Positions 10,425 to 20,822 of a stretch of DNA of 64,000 nucleotides are shown piece by piece. The stretch spans positions 8,543-72,542 of the forward strand of contig CAYYIP010000004.1 in the NCBI GenBank assembly GCA_964472015.1, written 5' to 3'. Made by a program: the position numbers and the translations under genes. The notes below the pieces were generated by a model, which had not been told where the DNA came from, did no database searches, and saw only the letters and a program-made list of their open reading frames with translations. Within the stretch, counting starts at the first letter, position 1; each line of letters begins with the position of its first letter. This DNA is from an uncultured Hyphomicrobiales bacterium. Lineage in GTDB: Bacteria; Bacteroidota; Ignavibacteria; Kapaibacteriales; UBA2268.

Positions 10425-11153
10425 ATGAAATTAATGAATTTTGTGGTAGTAATTGCACTATCATTTTTTCTAATATCTAATAATAGTTTTGCAGAACCTA
10501 GTAAGGTTAAAGAACAATCTAATAATAACAGTACCGTTGAAAATAAAGAAAAAGTACAGCGCCCTATATTAAAAAAATCTGAAGTTGAAGAAGGAAGTAT
10601 TAATTCAGATAGTTTAAGGGCAGAGAGAATAAAATTAAGAAAAGAGAGAGCAGAAGCTAGAGCTAAAAGAGCTTTAGATACTACTGGTTCTGGTGATGTG
10701 CAGCGTCCTGTATTAAAAAAATCTGGAGTTGAAGATGGAAGTGTTAATTTAGATAGTTTAAGGGCAGAGAGAATAAAATTAAGAAAAGAGAGAGCAGAAG
10801 CTAGAGCTAAAATAGCCTCAGATACTACTGGTTCTGGTGATGTACAGCGTCCTGTATTAAAAAAGTTTAAAGTAGGAGAAGGAAGTATTAATTCAGATAG
10901 TTTAAAGACAGAGAGAATAAAATTAAGAAAAACTAAAGCAGAAACTGAAGATACAACAAAAGTTAAGACTCTTAAAAAAGGTACTATTGAGAACAAAGAA
11001 TGTTGTTCTAAGAAAAAAGAAGCAGATGCAGATTGTTGCAAGGAAACAAAGAATAAAAGTAATGAAAAATGTTGTAAAGAATCAAAGACAAAGAACAGTA
11101 GAGACAAAAAAAAGAGCTGTAAAGATACAATTTCAACAGTTAAACAAAAATAA
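10425..11153 (+). CDS. Secreted lysine-rich repeat protein with a C-terminal CC-motif tail
   Basis: The RBS-like sequence aggaaaagaagaaaATG precedes the start. Signal peptide MKLMNFVVVIALSFFLISNNSFA. There are ~2.7 copies of the 48-aa unit VQRPILKKSEVEEGSINSDSLRAERIKLRKERAEARAKRALDTTGSGD. The C-terminus is CCSKKKEADADCCKETKNKSNEKCCKESK. Confidence 0.55.
   Translation: MKLMNFVVVIALSFFLISNNSFAEPSKVKEQSNNNSTVENKEKVQRPILKKSEVEEGSINSDSLRAERIKLRKERAEARAKRALDTTGSGDVQRPVLKKSGVEDGSVNLDSLRAERIKLRKERAEARAKIASDTTGSGDVQRPVLKKFKVGEGSINSDSLKTERIKLRKTKAETEDTTKVKTLKKGTIENKECCSKKKEADADCCKETKNKSNEKCCKESKTKNSRDKKKSCKDTISTVKQK
10554..10960 (+). repeat. In-frame tandem repeat of 144 bp (two full units plus a partial third)
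   Basis: Units begin at 10554, 10698 and 10842. They are >90% identical at the nucleotide level. Confidence 0.8.
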
Positions 11154-11199
11154 TAATTATTATTACTTTTTATAGTAATTGATGCTTTTATTTTATTTT

Positions 11200-11232
11200 A
11201 AATTATATAAAAAGGTTGATTTTTATCAACCT
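11200..11232 (+). terminator. Rho-independent terminator
   Basis: AAAAAGGTTGATttttATCAACCTTTTT. Confidence 0.65.
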
Positions 11233-11261
11233 TTTTATGTATTTAATAAATATAAAATATT

Positions 11262-12185
11262 ATGAAAAAATTGTTTAAAGTAATTTTATTTGTTTGTATC
11301 TATATATTTAGTAATATTTTTTTTATTGTAAAAGCAGAGCAAATTTTTATAGATACCGTTTATTCTGTCATATGGGGCAATGGCCAAAATTTTGGACGTA
11401 CTGAAGAATATTTTCCAAACAATATTTTTGGTCCTCCATCAAGTACTGCTACTATGTATGTACCAGAAGATTCTGAGGAGGAACTATGTTCACTTGGTAA
11501 GGGAGGTGAAATAGTAGTTGGGTGTAAAAATCATTATATTGTTAATGGTCCGGGAGTTGATTTTATTATATTTGAAAACGTATTTGTAAATTCTGCAAAT
11601 ACAAAAACCTTTGTTGAACCTGCTATTGTTTCTGTAAGTCAGGATGGTGTAAATTTTATAGAATTCAAATTTGATATGTCAACTTTTGAAGGTTTAGCGG
11701 GTATTAATTGGACTAATGGGGGAAATAATCCTTTTGATTATTCTGTTTCAGGTGGAGATGGTTTTGATTTGTCTGATGTAATGCTGGATACAATAACATA
11801 TATAAAAATTAAGGATACTTCTGATATAGCAAGTAAAATAGATAAAACACATCCTTATTATTCTCCAGTTTCAGTTCTTTCCGGATTTGACTTAGATGCA
11901 GTTGCTATTTTGTATGCTCAGAATAAAAATGGAGGTATTGTAATTGCGAATAATATACAACACAAAAATCCTGTTAATATACGAGAAAATAAAGATTCGT
12001 TTCTATGTAATGCTGTTGAAAAATTTGATATTTTAGTGTTTGATATTTATGGAAATAAAATTTTAGAAAAAAACAATATAAATAATTTGTGTATTAATAA
12101 AAACAGTATTTCAAATGCTATATATTTTCTTATTATAAGAGTTAATAATAATAATTTTATTTATAAGTTTATAAAAAATTTTTAA
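11262..12185 (+). CDS. Secreted protein with a T9SS (Por) C-terminal sorting domain
   Basis: Signal peptide. The C-terminal ~80 aa, LVFDIYGNKILEKNN...NAIYFLIIRVNNNNFIYKFIK, is typical of the Por_Secre_tail. Confidence 0.55.
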   Translation: MKKLFKVILFVCIYIFSNIFFIVKAEQIFIDTVYSVIWGNGQNFGRTEEYFPNNIFGPPSSTATMYVPEDSEEELCSLGKGGEIVVGCKNHYIVNGPGVDFIIFENVFVNSANTKTFVEPAIVSVSQDGVNFIEFKFDMSTFEGLAGINWTNGGNNPFDYSVSGGDGFDLSDVMLDTITYIKIKDTSDIASKIDKTHPYYSPVSVLSGFDLDAVAILYAQNKNGGIVIANNIQHKNPVNIRENKDSFLCNAVEKFDILVFDIYGNKILEKNNINNLCINKNSISNAIYFLIIRVNNNNFIYKFIKNF

Positions 12186-12217
12186 TATATATTTTTATTT
12201 AAGTGTTATTGTAATAT

Positions 12218-13978
12218 ATGATAAATAAGGAAAAAGATAGTATAAATAATAAAATAAAACGTAGTATTATAAATCGTGAAATATTGCAATTTTTGCCAAT
12301 ATCATTTATATTTATTTTATTAGTTATTCCTTTTTTTATTTTTTTAGTAGTTAATCTTTGCTATGAAGATCAAGGTTTGGGATATCCTATTCTTCATTTT
12401 AATATAAACAATATTTTATCTGTTTTTTCTTTTGCAAGATATTTTATAATAAGGGATACTATTATTTTATCTATAGTATCTGCTATATTAGCTACTTTTT
12501 TAGGTTATTTTTTATCATTTTTTATTACATTTTTGCGTACTTCTATAAAAAATTATATAATTGTTTTAGCTTATGTTCCATTCTTTTTTAATCCTATTTC
12601 TCAATTTTACGCAATAAAATCATTATTTTCAACAACAGGGGTTTTTAATAATTTATTAATATCATTAAATATAATAGATAGTTATATAATTGTTCCTGAA
12701 TATTTTATTATATCGTTAAGTTTAATAATAAGATATTTACCAATTGCTTTTTTTCTAACATCAATATTAATGCAAAGGATTAGTATTGCGCAAATTGAAG
12801 CATCAATAGACTTAGGTGCAACACGAACTAGAATTTTTTATGATTTTATTTTCAAAAGAACTTATAAAAGTATAATAATAAGTCTATTTATAATATTTAT
12901 TTTATGTTATGGAAATATATCCTCATCTTTATTAACTGATTGCAATTTATTTGGTAATAATTTTATAAATTTTTTATTATTAGGGGATACTTTATCAGCT
13001 TCTGCTTATTTATTTTTCTTTGGAATATTTACTTGTATTGCAATTATATTATGTAATATTTATTTTCATAAAAGTAATTTTTTTGTAGTTCGTGAGCAGG
13101 CAATGAATTTATCAAAATATAAATGTTTAGATATTGCTAAATCTCCTTTTACTATAATTATAAATATAATTACTATATTTTTATTATTTGTTATAGTCTT
13201 TTTTACATTTTTATTTTCTTTTAATAAAGTTAGTTCTGTTTTTTCATTTCAAGGTTTTTCTTTACGTTGGTATTTAGAATTTTTTAGAGATTTAAATATT
13301 TTAGTTGCATTTAAGAATTCATTTATTGTTGCAACTTTTGCATCTATAATAGCGACTTTTATAGGCAGTATATTTGCTATAAGTTTTTCAAAATATAGAC
13401 AATTAATAAATATAAAGTTTCTTAGGATTATAAAACTACCTATGTTATTTAGTGAAGTTATATTTTGTGCTAGTATTATTATATTTATAAAATTTGTAGG
13501 GTTAGAAAATGATTTCCTTGCACAAATAATAGGAATTTCTATTGTTTCTTTATTTATTTCTATTTTATTAATTTATAGACAAGTTAGAAATTTTGATTTA
13601 AATATGGAAGCTGCAAGTTTAGATTTAGGTGCTAATTATATACAAACTTTTAAATATGTAATTGTGCCGACAATTTTTCCGTCTGTTATTTCGTGTTTTT
13701 TATTAATATTTGTTTATGCTTTTAATGAATTCATTATTAGTTATACGATTTCAAATAGTTTAAGTACACCTTTTATATCAAATTGGTTATTTTGGTTAAC
13801 AAAATATCAACAAACACCTGTTATAAATGTTATATCTTCTTTTATACTATTTTTATCATTTTTTATTATTTATGTAGCTGATATAAATAATAGTCATAAT
13901 GAAAAGTCAAAGAAATTGAAATATTATACATTATGTTTTATTCTAATTTTTGCAATTTTATTTTTAATTTTTGGTTAA
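12218..13978 (+). CDS. ABC transporter permease with duplicated permease domains (FbpB/ThiP-like)
   Basis: Polytopic membrane protein with two EAA-loop motifs (EASIDLGATRTRIFYDFIF and EAASLDLGANYIQTFKYVIVPTIFP). No ATPase or binding-protein gene is adjacent. Confidence 0.55.
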   Translation: MINKEKDSINNKIKRSIINREILQFLPISFIFILLVIPFFIFLVVNLCYEDQGLGYPILHFNINNILSVFSFARYFIIRDTIILSIVSAILATFLGYFLSFFITFLRTSIKNYIIVLAYVPFFFNPISQFYAIKSLFSTTGVFNNLLISLNIIDSYIIVPEYFIISLSLIIRYLPIAFFLTSILMQRISIAQIEASIDLGATRTRIFYDFIFKRTYKSIIISLFIIFILCYGNISSSLLTDCNLFGNNFINFLLLGDTLSASAYLFFFGIFTCIAIILCNIYFHKSNFFVVREQAMNLSKYKCLDIAKSPFTIIINIITIFLLFVIVFFTFLFSFNKVSSVFSFQGFSLRWYLEFFRDLNILVAFKNSFIVATFASIIATFIGSIFAISFSKYRQLINIKFLRIIKLPMLFSEVIFCASIIIFIKFVGLENDFLAQIIGISIVSLFISILLIYRQVRNFDLNMEAASLDLGANYIQTFKYVIVPTIFPSVISCFLLIFVYAFNEFIISYTISNSLSTPFISNWLFWLTKYQQTPVINVISSFILFLSFFIIYVADINNSHNEKSKKLKYYTLCFILIFAILFLIFG

Positions 13979-15088
13979 TTGATGAATGTAAATGAATTAT
14001 ATATTAAAAATTTAAGGAATCATATAAATAGTGAATATAAGTTTGAAGAAGGTATAAATTTTATTTACGGAAATAATGGTGTAGGAAAAACAACTATTTT
14101 AGAAGCTATTTCTATATGTAGCATTTCACATAGTTTTGTACATTGTTCAGATATGATGTTAGTAAATAAAAACGCCTCTGAATATCACATAAGCTCTAAC
14201 TATACAAATGAATTAGGTATAAAATCAAAAATTAGCATTTCTTATACGAATAAAACACAAAAAAATATAATATTAAATTCTGGGGAAAAAGTTTTACCGA
14301 AGGATATAATTGGCGAAATCCCGACGGTTGTATTATCGCCCGACCACAAAAGAATAACAAATGCTGCACCTGAGTATCGTCGACAATTTTTAAATACTGT
14401 ACTTTCACAATCTAATAAATTTTATATGAGTAAATTATATGAATTACGTAAAAGCTTAAAAAATAGAAATATAATTTTACAAAAATTAAATATAAGGGAA
14501 GAAAAATTTTTTTTAGATTTATTATATGAGTGGTCTATATTTTATTTTGATGTATGTGCTGATATTATAATTAGACGTTATGAATTTCTAAAAGAATTTG
14601 TTCCTTTATTTATAGAAGCATATAAAGTTATTAGTGATAGTAAAGAAAATGTAAATATAATTTATCAGCCTAGTGGAATAACAAATGATATTGTTTCAAA
14701 AGATCAAATAAAAGAGGCACTTTTACAAAAATTTTCAAAAATTGAAAATAATGAAATACAAAGAGGTATGACTTTATTTGGGCCTCAAAAAGATGATATA
14801 AAGATTTTAATAAATGACGGAATAGCAAGAGAATTTGCATCACAGGGGCAACATAAATCATTATTAATTGCATTAAAATTTGCGGAGTTTAAATATTTAC
14901 TTGAACATAAAAATAATATACCTATAATTTTATTTGATGATATTTTTTCAGAACTTGATTCTGATAGAGTTTTAAAAGTTATAAAATTACTTTCAGAAAG
15001 TAAAGCTCAAATTTTTATTACTTCAACAAATAAAAAAAACGTAGAAAATGAAATAAATCTAGTAAATAAGTTTATAGAAATAAAATAG
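13979..15088 (+). CDS. recF: DNA replication and repair protein RecF
   Basis: N-terminus LYIKNLRNHINSEYKFEEGINFIYGNNGVGKTTILEAIS (Walker A). C-terminal Walker B ILFDDIFSELD. Confidence 0.85.
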   Translation: MMNVNELYIKNLRNHINSEYKFEEGINFIYGNNGVGKTTILEAISICSISHSFVHCSDMMLVNKNASEYHISSNYTNELGIKSKISISYTNKTQKNIILNSGEKVLPKDIIGEIPTVVLSPDHKRITNAAPEYRRQFLNTVLSQSNKFYMSKLYELRKSLKNRNIILQKLNIREEKFFLDLLYEWSIFYFDVCADIIIRRYEFLKEFVPLFIEAYKVISDSKENVNIIYQPSGITNDIVSKDQIKEALLQKFSKIENNEIQRGMTLFGPQKDDIKILINDGIAREFASQGQHKSLLIALKFAEFKYLLEHKNNIPIILFDDIFSELDSDRVLKVIKLLSESKAQIFITSTNKKNVENEINLVNKFIEIK

Positions 15089-15134
15089 TTAATGTAAAAA
15101 TAATATAGAGAAAATAATAATTTTAGATAAAAAA

Positions 15135-15175
15135 TAAAAGAGGTTATAATTTTTAATTATAACCTCTTTTTTATT
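15135..15175. terminator. Bidirectional intrinsic terminator between recF (+) and the FGE lipoprotein gene (-)
   Basis: AAAAGAGGTTATAATttttaATTATAACCTCTTTTTT. Confidence 0.7.
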
Positions 15176-15190
15176 TTATATACGGAAATT

Positions 15191-16342
15191 TTATTTAACT
15201 TTTTTTACTATTCTAAATCCAATAGTTATTTCTCTTTGTATTCTATGTATTTTTTGTTTTGAAGCTACTTTAAGTGCATCTAAGTTCTCTCTAAATGATC
15301 CACCTTTTATCATTCTTGTTTCGCCGTCTCCATCTACTGGTCCTTTTGGATCTTGTGTTGGACTAGTAGTGTAATAATTATCGTCATACCAATCCCAAAC
15401 TATTTCTGCAAGGTTACCATTCATATCATATAATCCGAAATCATTTGCTAATTTTTGTTGTGGCTTAGAAGGTGTTGATTTACTTCCTGAGATACCATAA
15501 TAGGCATAATTACTAACAGGTTCTTTCACACCCCATAAACTTGTTGAATTAGCTTTTGCAGCATATTCCCATTCGGCTTCTGTTGGAAGTCTATAACCAC
15601 TTTTAGTAAAATCACAAGTAACAGTAACAAAATTTTCATCGTTGTACGGATCGTTTATAGTATAACAAGGTTCTAAATTATGTATTTCTGACAATTTATT
15701 ACAAAATCTTGCTGCATCTGCAAAACGTACATAATTAGCAGGATATTCCTCATCTTTCGGATTAAAATCAGGAACTTTTGATAACATTATTTCTTTATAT
15801 TGTTTTTGAGTAACTTCAGTAGCTGACATATAGAATGAAGTAACTGTAATATTATGTTCCGGTTTTGAAGCTGCAATTTCAGAGTTGTTATCGCCCATAA
15901 TAAAATTGCCGCCTTTTATATATATCATCATTGGATATATAGTATTTGGTGCAACAGTATAAGCAAATTTATTTCCTTTTTTCCCGTCTGCATTTACTAC
16001 ATACATTTCACCTGGGGCTAATTTTTCATCAGTAGTAATATTAATTGTTGTATCTGTCCATTTTCCAAGAATAGCTTCTATATCATTTGCTAAATATACT
16101 TTTCCCCGGGTTGTTCCAAATTTTTTGCCTTTAATTGTATAGCCATTGCCCATAATAAGTTGTGTTATTCCATCGCCTATTCCGGTAATATAAGGTGCAG
16201 TTGTATCAACAATTACAACTGTTGTATCGTCATCGTCATCGTTATTATTGTTATTATTATTAACATTAGAATCATTATCTTTACAAGCAAAGAAAAACAA
16301 TACTGTTATAATAAACATTAATGATACTTTAATTTTATTCAT
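15191..16342 (-). CDS. Lipoprotein with a formylglycine-generating-enzyme (FGE/SUMF1) domain
   Basis: Lipobox FFFAC followed by a poly-N/poly-D linker. FGE-type motifs RLPTEAEWEYAAKA and GNLAEIVWDWYDD...RMIKGGSF. Confidence 0.7.
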   Translation of the reverse strand: MNKIKVSLMFIITVLFFFACKDNDSNVNNNNNNNDDDDDTTVVIVDTTAPYITGIGDGITQLIMGNGYTIKGKKFGTTRGKVYLANDIEAILGKWTDTTINITTDEKLAPGEMYVVNADGKKGNKFAYTVAPNTIYPMMIYIKGGNFIMGDNNSEIAASKPEHNITVTSFYMSATEVTQKQYKEIMLSKVPDFNPKDEEYPANYVRFADAARFCNKLSEIHNLEPCYTINDPYNDENFVTVTCDFTKSGYRLPTEAEWEYAAKANSTSLWGVKEPVSNYAYYGISGSKSTPSKPQQKLANDFGLYDMNGNLAEIVWDWYDDNYYTTSPTQDPKGPVDGDGETRMIKGGSFRENLDALKVASKQKIHRIQREITIGFRIVKKVK

Positions 16343-16448
16343 AGTTTTTATTAATAAATTAGTATAAAAAATTTATTTTTTTTAATATTATATTTTTTAG
16401 AAAATTATAACACCAAAAATACGAAAAAACTATATAAATAACAAATTA

Positions 16449-17126
16449 TTAAATGAATATATAAATTAGTAATATTACTATTAATAAAGAAGGTAGGAAA
16501 TTAGCAACAGCTATTTTTTTTATTTCTAAAATATTTATACCTAAAGCTAATAATAATATTCCCCCTATTGAATTTAAACCATTTATTATATCTGGTGTAA
16601 AAAATATTGATATTTTTGATGCTAATAGAGTAAGTATTGTTTGAAATATGAATAATGGAATTGCAGAAACTAAAATTGAATTTCCAAAGGCAGAAGCTAA
16701 TATTATTGAAGATATACCATCTAAAAGTGATTTTGTATAAATTAAATTAGTATTATTGCTTGTTCCTGCTTGTAAAGTTCCTATAAAAGTCATTGGACCA
16801 ACACAAAAAAGTACAAAGGCAGTAATTAATCCTTCACTAAATCTATCATTCCCAATTTTTAGTTTTATTTTTAAATAATTTCCAAATTTTTCAATTTGTT
16901 TTTCTATATTTAATAATGTCCCGAGTAAAGCACCAATTATTAGACTTATTATAATTATTATAATATTCTCCATATTATAAAACATAGTTATTCCTAAGCA
17001 AATGGTAATAAGTCCTATAGATTGAAAAAATATTTTTTTATAGTGTTCCGGAATTTCTTTTTTTATAAAAATTCCGATTATACTACCTATAATAACTGTT
17101 AGAGTGTTTATAATAGTTCCAAGCAT
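16449..17126 (-). CDS. DUF554-like polytopic membrane protein
   Basis: N-terminus MLGTIINTLTVIIGSIIG. About 225 aa with ~6 TM helices. Confidence 0.45.
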   Translation of the reverse strand: MLGTIINTLTVIIGSIIGIFIKKEIPEHYKKIFFQSIGLITICLGITMFYNMENIIIIIISLIIGALLGTLLNIEKQIEKFGNYLKIKLKIGNDRFSEGLITAFVLFCVGPMTFIGTLQAGTSNNTNLIYTKSLLDGISSIILASAFGNSILVSAIPLFIFQTILTLLASKISIFFTPDIINGLNSIGGILLLALGINILEIKKIAVANFLPSLLIVILLIYIFI

Positions 17127-17430
17127 TGTATTTTTAGTATTTTATTAAAAATAAATCTTATAAATTTAAGCAAAAAAGTGCAAAAAATAACATAATATTA
17201 GAAAAAAACACAAAAAATATTATAAAATTGCTATACTTATTATATAGTCTATATTATATAATAATACAAAATTATTACTAAAAATATAATAAATTAATTA
17301 TATTTTTGTATATTTGTATAATTAAAATATATTGAATAAAAGATGTTTCTTTTTCTTCGTATTGTTTTTATTTATATTATAATTATAGCGAAAACATAAA
17401 AAACAAAAACGAGAACATGTAAGAATAAAT

Positions 17431-18747
17431 ATGCAAGATAATTTCCAAAAATTAATATTATTAGATATTCCTGATTATCATAAATTAGATGTTTATGTTG
17501 CTAATGGTGGTTATCAGCAATCTGAGAAGGCTTTAACAACTATGTCTTCTGATGAAATTATAGATATAGTAAAACGTTCAGGATTAAAAGGTCGTGGTGG
17601 TGCAGGTTTCCCTACCGGATTAAAATGGTCTTTTATGCCAAAATCGTTTGATGGTGCTAAATATTTATGTGTGAATGGTGATGAAAGTGAACCGGGCTCT
17701 TTTAAAGATAAACATATAATGGAATTTAATCCTCATCAAATTATAGAAGGGATTATTATTGCAGCAAAAGCTATGGAAATAAATACTACATATATTTATA
17801 TTAGAGGTGAATATCATAAATGGGCGAAATGTGTTCAGGAAGCTATTGATGATGCTTACAGTGCAGGATATGTTGGAAGTAAAATGAAAGAAAAGTATGG
17901 GATTAATTTTCAAACGGACATATACATTCACAAGGGGGCGGGTGCTTATATTTGTGGCGAAGAAACCTCTTTGATGAATTCTATAGAGGGGATTAGAGCT
18001 TATCCGCGTAATAAACCACCTTTTCCTGCTGTATCGGGATTATGGGGAAAACCTACGACTATTAATAATATTGAAACAATTGCTACTATTCCTGCTATAT
18101 TAAAAATAGGTGCAGAAGCTTTTTCACAAATTGGGGCACAGAATTATTGTGGAAATATGCTTTTTGGGGTTAGTGGTAGTATAAATAGACCCGGGGTTTA
18201 TGAACTTCCAACAGGGACTTTATTGACTGATATTATTTATGATATTTGTGGTGGAATTCCAAATAACAAAAAGATAAAAGCAATTATTCCCGGCGGAATT
18301 TCAATGGTTCCTTTACGTGGGGATGAAATTGAAGGACTTAAAATGGATGCTGATTCGTTAAAGGCGATTGGATCTGGAATCGGAACAGGTGGAATTATTG
18401 TTATTGATGAAGATGCAAATTTAGCAGAAGTTGTTTTACGTATTTCTCATTTTTTCCATCATGAATCTTGTGGACAATGTACTCCTTGTAGGGAAGGTAA
18501 TGGTTGGATGGAAAAAATATTGAAACGCATTGTAAAAGGTGAAGCGGTAAGTAAGGACATAGATACTTTATATGATATTGCTTGCAATATTGAGGGAAAT
18601 ACAGTTTGTGCACTCGGTGATGCCTGTGCATGGCCTATTAAAGGATTTATAACTAAATTTCGTGATGAATTTGAAAGATTAGTAAAACCATCTCGTGATT
18701 ATATTCCATTAAATATTGTTCATAGCAAGAGAATAAATTTGTTATAA
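17431..18747 (+). CDS. nuoF: NADH dehydrogenase 51-kDa (NuoF-like) subunit. It is stand-alone, with no adjacent nuoE.
   Basis: [23 protein letters not shown] site. [12 protein letters not shown] 4Fe-4S motif. Confidence 0.8.
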   Translation: MQDNFQKLILLDIPDYHKLDVYVANGGYQQSEKALTTMSSDEIIDIVKRSGLKGRGGAGFPTGLKWSFMPKSFDGAKYLCVNGDESEPGSFKDKHIMEFNPHQIIEGIIIAAKAMEINTTYIYIRGEYHKWAKCVQEAIDDAYSAGYVGSKMKEKYGINFQTDIYIHKGAGAYICGEETSLMNSIEGIRAYPRNKPPFPAVSGLWGKPTTINNIETIATIPAILKIGAEAFSQIGAQNYCGNMLFGVSGSINRPGVYELPTGTLLTDIIYDICGGIPNNKKIKAIIPGGISMVPLRGDEIEGLKMDADSLKAIGSGIGTGGIIVIDEDANLAEVVLRISHFFHHESCGQCTPCREGNGWMEKILKRIVKGEAVSKDIDTLYDIACNIEGNTVCALGDACAWPIKGFITKFRDEFERLVKPSRDYIPLNIVHSKRINLL

Positions 18748-18819
18748 TATATTTTGTTTTATTTAAATAAGGTATTGTTTTTTATTATGATTAATGTAAT
18801 AGATGAAATTTAATATAAT

Positions 18820-19779
18820 ATGGAAATAGTAGAAAATAAAATTTTTATTAAAGAAAAACAGTTAATAAATATATTTAACATAAATCCTGATTATATAGAA
18901 TTATTGGAAAAACGTTTTGCGTCTGTTATAATTTTACGTGGTGATATTTTAATTTTAAAAGGTGGTATACGTAAACTTTCAATAATTGAAAAGATAATTA
19001 ATGAATGTGAATATGTTTTATCAAAAAATTCTAATTTTTCAAAAAATGATTTTATTACTATTATAAATTTATTTGATATTCATATCCCTTATAAAAAAGA
19101 TACCAAAAATCAATTTGCCAAGAGTATTGTATATAATGGATATAAAAATGGTGCTATTTGTACAAGGAATGCTAAGCAGGAAGAATATTTACAAGCGGTA
19201 CAAAACAATGATTTAGTATTTTCGGTTGGGCCTGCTGGTACTGGTAAAACTTATCTTGCTGTTGCAATGGCTTTAGCTGCTTTACGTGTAGAACAAATAC
19301 AAAGAATAATTGTTACAAGACCGGCAGTTGAGGCAGGCGAATCGTTAGGATATTTACCGGGAGATTTAAAAGATAAAATAGAACCTTATTTAAGACCGAT
19401 AAATGATGCAATGTTTTCTATGTTGTCGCCTGATGTTTTACATACTTTTATGGAACGACAAATTATAGAGATCACGCCACTTGCATATATGCGGGGGCGC
19501 ACTTTAGATAATGCTTTTATTATTTTAGATGAAGCTCAGAATGCAACAATAACTCAAATGAAAATGTTTTTAACAAGACTTGGTAACAATTCAAAAACAG
19601 TAGTTACTGGTGATGTTACTCAAATAGATTTAAAAGAAAAAGCAAATTCTGGACTTGTTCATGCAATAAAAATTTTACGAAATATTAAAGGGATTGAGTT
19701 TATTTTTTTTGATAAAAAAGATATTGTTAGACATAAACTTGTTGCTAAAATTATAGAAGCATATGAAAAAACGAAATAA
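18820..19779 (+). CDS. phoH: PhoH-like ATPase
   Basis: VFSVGPAGTGKTYLAVAMAL Walker A and the conserved C-terminal PhoH region. Confidence 0.85.
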   Translation: MEIVENKIFIKEKQLINIFNINPDYIELLEKRFASVIILRGDILILKGGIRKLSIIEKIINECEYVLSKNSNFSKNDFITIINLFDIHIPYKKDTKNQFAKSIVYNGYKNGAICTRNAKQEEYLQAVQNNDLVFSVGPAGTGKTYLAVAMALAALRVEQIQRIIVTRPAVEAGESLGYLPGDLKDKIEPYLRPINDAMFSMLSPDVLHTFMERQIIEITPLAYMRGRTLDNAFIILDEAQNATITQMKMFLTRLGNNSKTVVTGDVTQIDLKEKANSGLVHAIKILRNIKGIEFIFFDKKDIVRHKLVAKIIEAYEKTK

Positions 19780-19799
19780 TAAAAATGTTTTAATTCCTA

Positions 19800-20654
19800 A
19801 TGAATGATTTATTTAATATAGGTTTCCTATCAATCGGACTGTTTGATATACTAGATATTCTTTTAGTAACGTTTGCTTTTTGTTGGGTATATAAAACGTT
19901 AAAAGAAACGCTAGCTTTTCAAATTATTCTTGGATTGTTTATAATTTTAGGGCTTTCATTTGTTGCAGAAGCAATAAATTTAAAGTCGATTAATTGGATA
20001 TTAAATTTATTATCTGATATTTGGATATTAGCTTTTATAATACTTTTTCAACCAGAATTAAGGAGTATGTTGCTGCGGTTGACACAAAGTTCTCTGTTTC
20101 ATATGTTTTTTAAAAGTAATTTTAAAATAATTGAAACTATTGATGAGGTTATAGATGCAGCAATAGAAATGAGTATTAATAGAATAGGCGCCCTTATTGT
20201 TTTTCCTCAAACTCAAGATGTTTCTATGTCTTCAATCGATGGAGGGATAGAATTAAAAGCTAATGTAAAGAAAGAGTTATTAATTTCTATATTTAATACA
20301 AAATCACCGTTACATGATGGGGCAGTGATTATTAATAAAAAGATGGAAATTGTTGCTGCACGTTGTATATTACCTTTATCCCGTAAAAGACGAGTTGAAA
20401 AAAAATTACTTGGCACTAGACATAGAGCAGGATTAGGATTAACAGAAAAAAATGATGCTGTGGTACTTATTATATCAGAAGAAACGGGTGAAATTTCTAT
20501 TGCTTTTGATGGGAATCTATATATAAATATACCTCATATAAAATTAAAAAATACTTTAAAAGAATTTATGAATAAAGGTATACAAATAAATAATATTAAA
20601 AACAGTAGTAATTTAGATGTAGACAATAATTTTATTGACAAAGATAGAATATAA
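19800..20654 (+). CDS. cdaA: Diadenylate cyclase (c-di-AMP synthase) CdaA with three N-terminal TM helices
   Basis: DisA_N motifs GALIVFPQ, LHDGAVIINKK and GTRHRAGLGLTEKNDAVVLIISEETGEISIA. Confidence 0.8.
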   Translation: MNDLFNIGFLSIGLFDILDILLVTFAFCWVYKTLKETLAFQIILGLFIILGLSFVAEAINLKSINWILNLLSDIWILAFIILFQPELRSMLLRLTQSSLFHMFFKSNFKIIETIDEVIDAAIEMSINRIGALIVFPQTQDVSMSSIDGGIELKANVKKELLISIFNTKSPLHDGAVIINKKMEIVAARCILPLSRKRRVEKKLLGTRHRAGLGLTEKNDAVVLIISEETGEISIAFDGNLYINIPHIKLKNTLKEFMNKGIQINNIKNSSNLDVDNNFIDKDRI

Positions 20655-20822
20655 AAATTCAATTTGGATGTAATCAATATAGGATATTTTTATTTTATAT
20701 TTATAAATAAATTATTTTTTTGTATCTTTGTATTTATATGAAAATAATATAAACTTATAATAAAAAGTAAAATAATAGGTTAATTTTAATACAAAAATAA
20801 ATCCTAAGGCAAAAGTTTAGCT

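Noticed and set aside
10274-11107. 277-aa ORF on the minus strand overlapping the repeat-protein gene
   Set aside because: It is a mirror image of the in-frame tandem repeats. The plus-strand gene has an RBS, a signal peptide and a coherent repeat structure. The minus ORF is low complexity with no start context.
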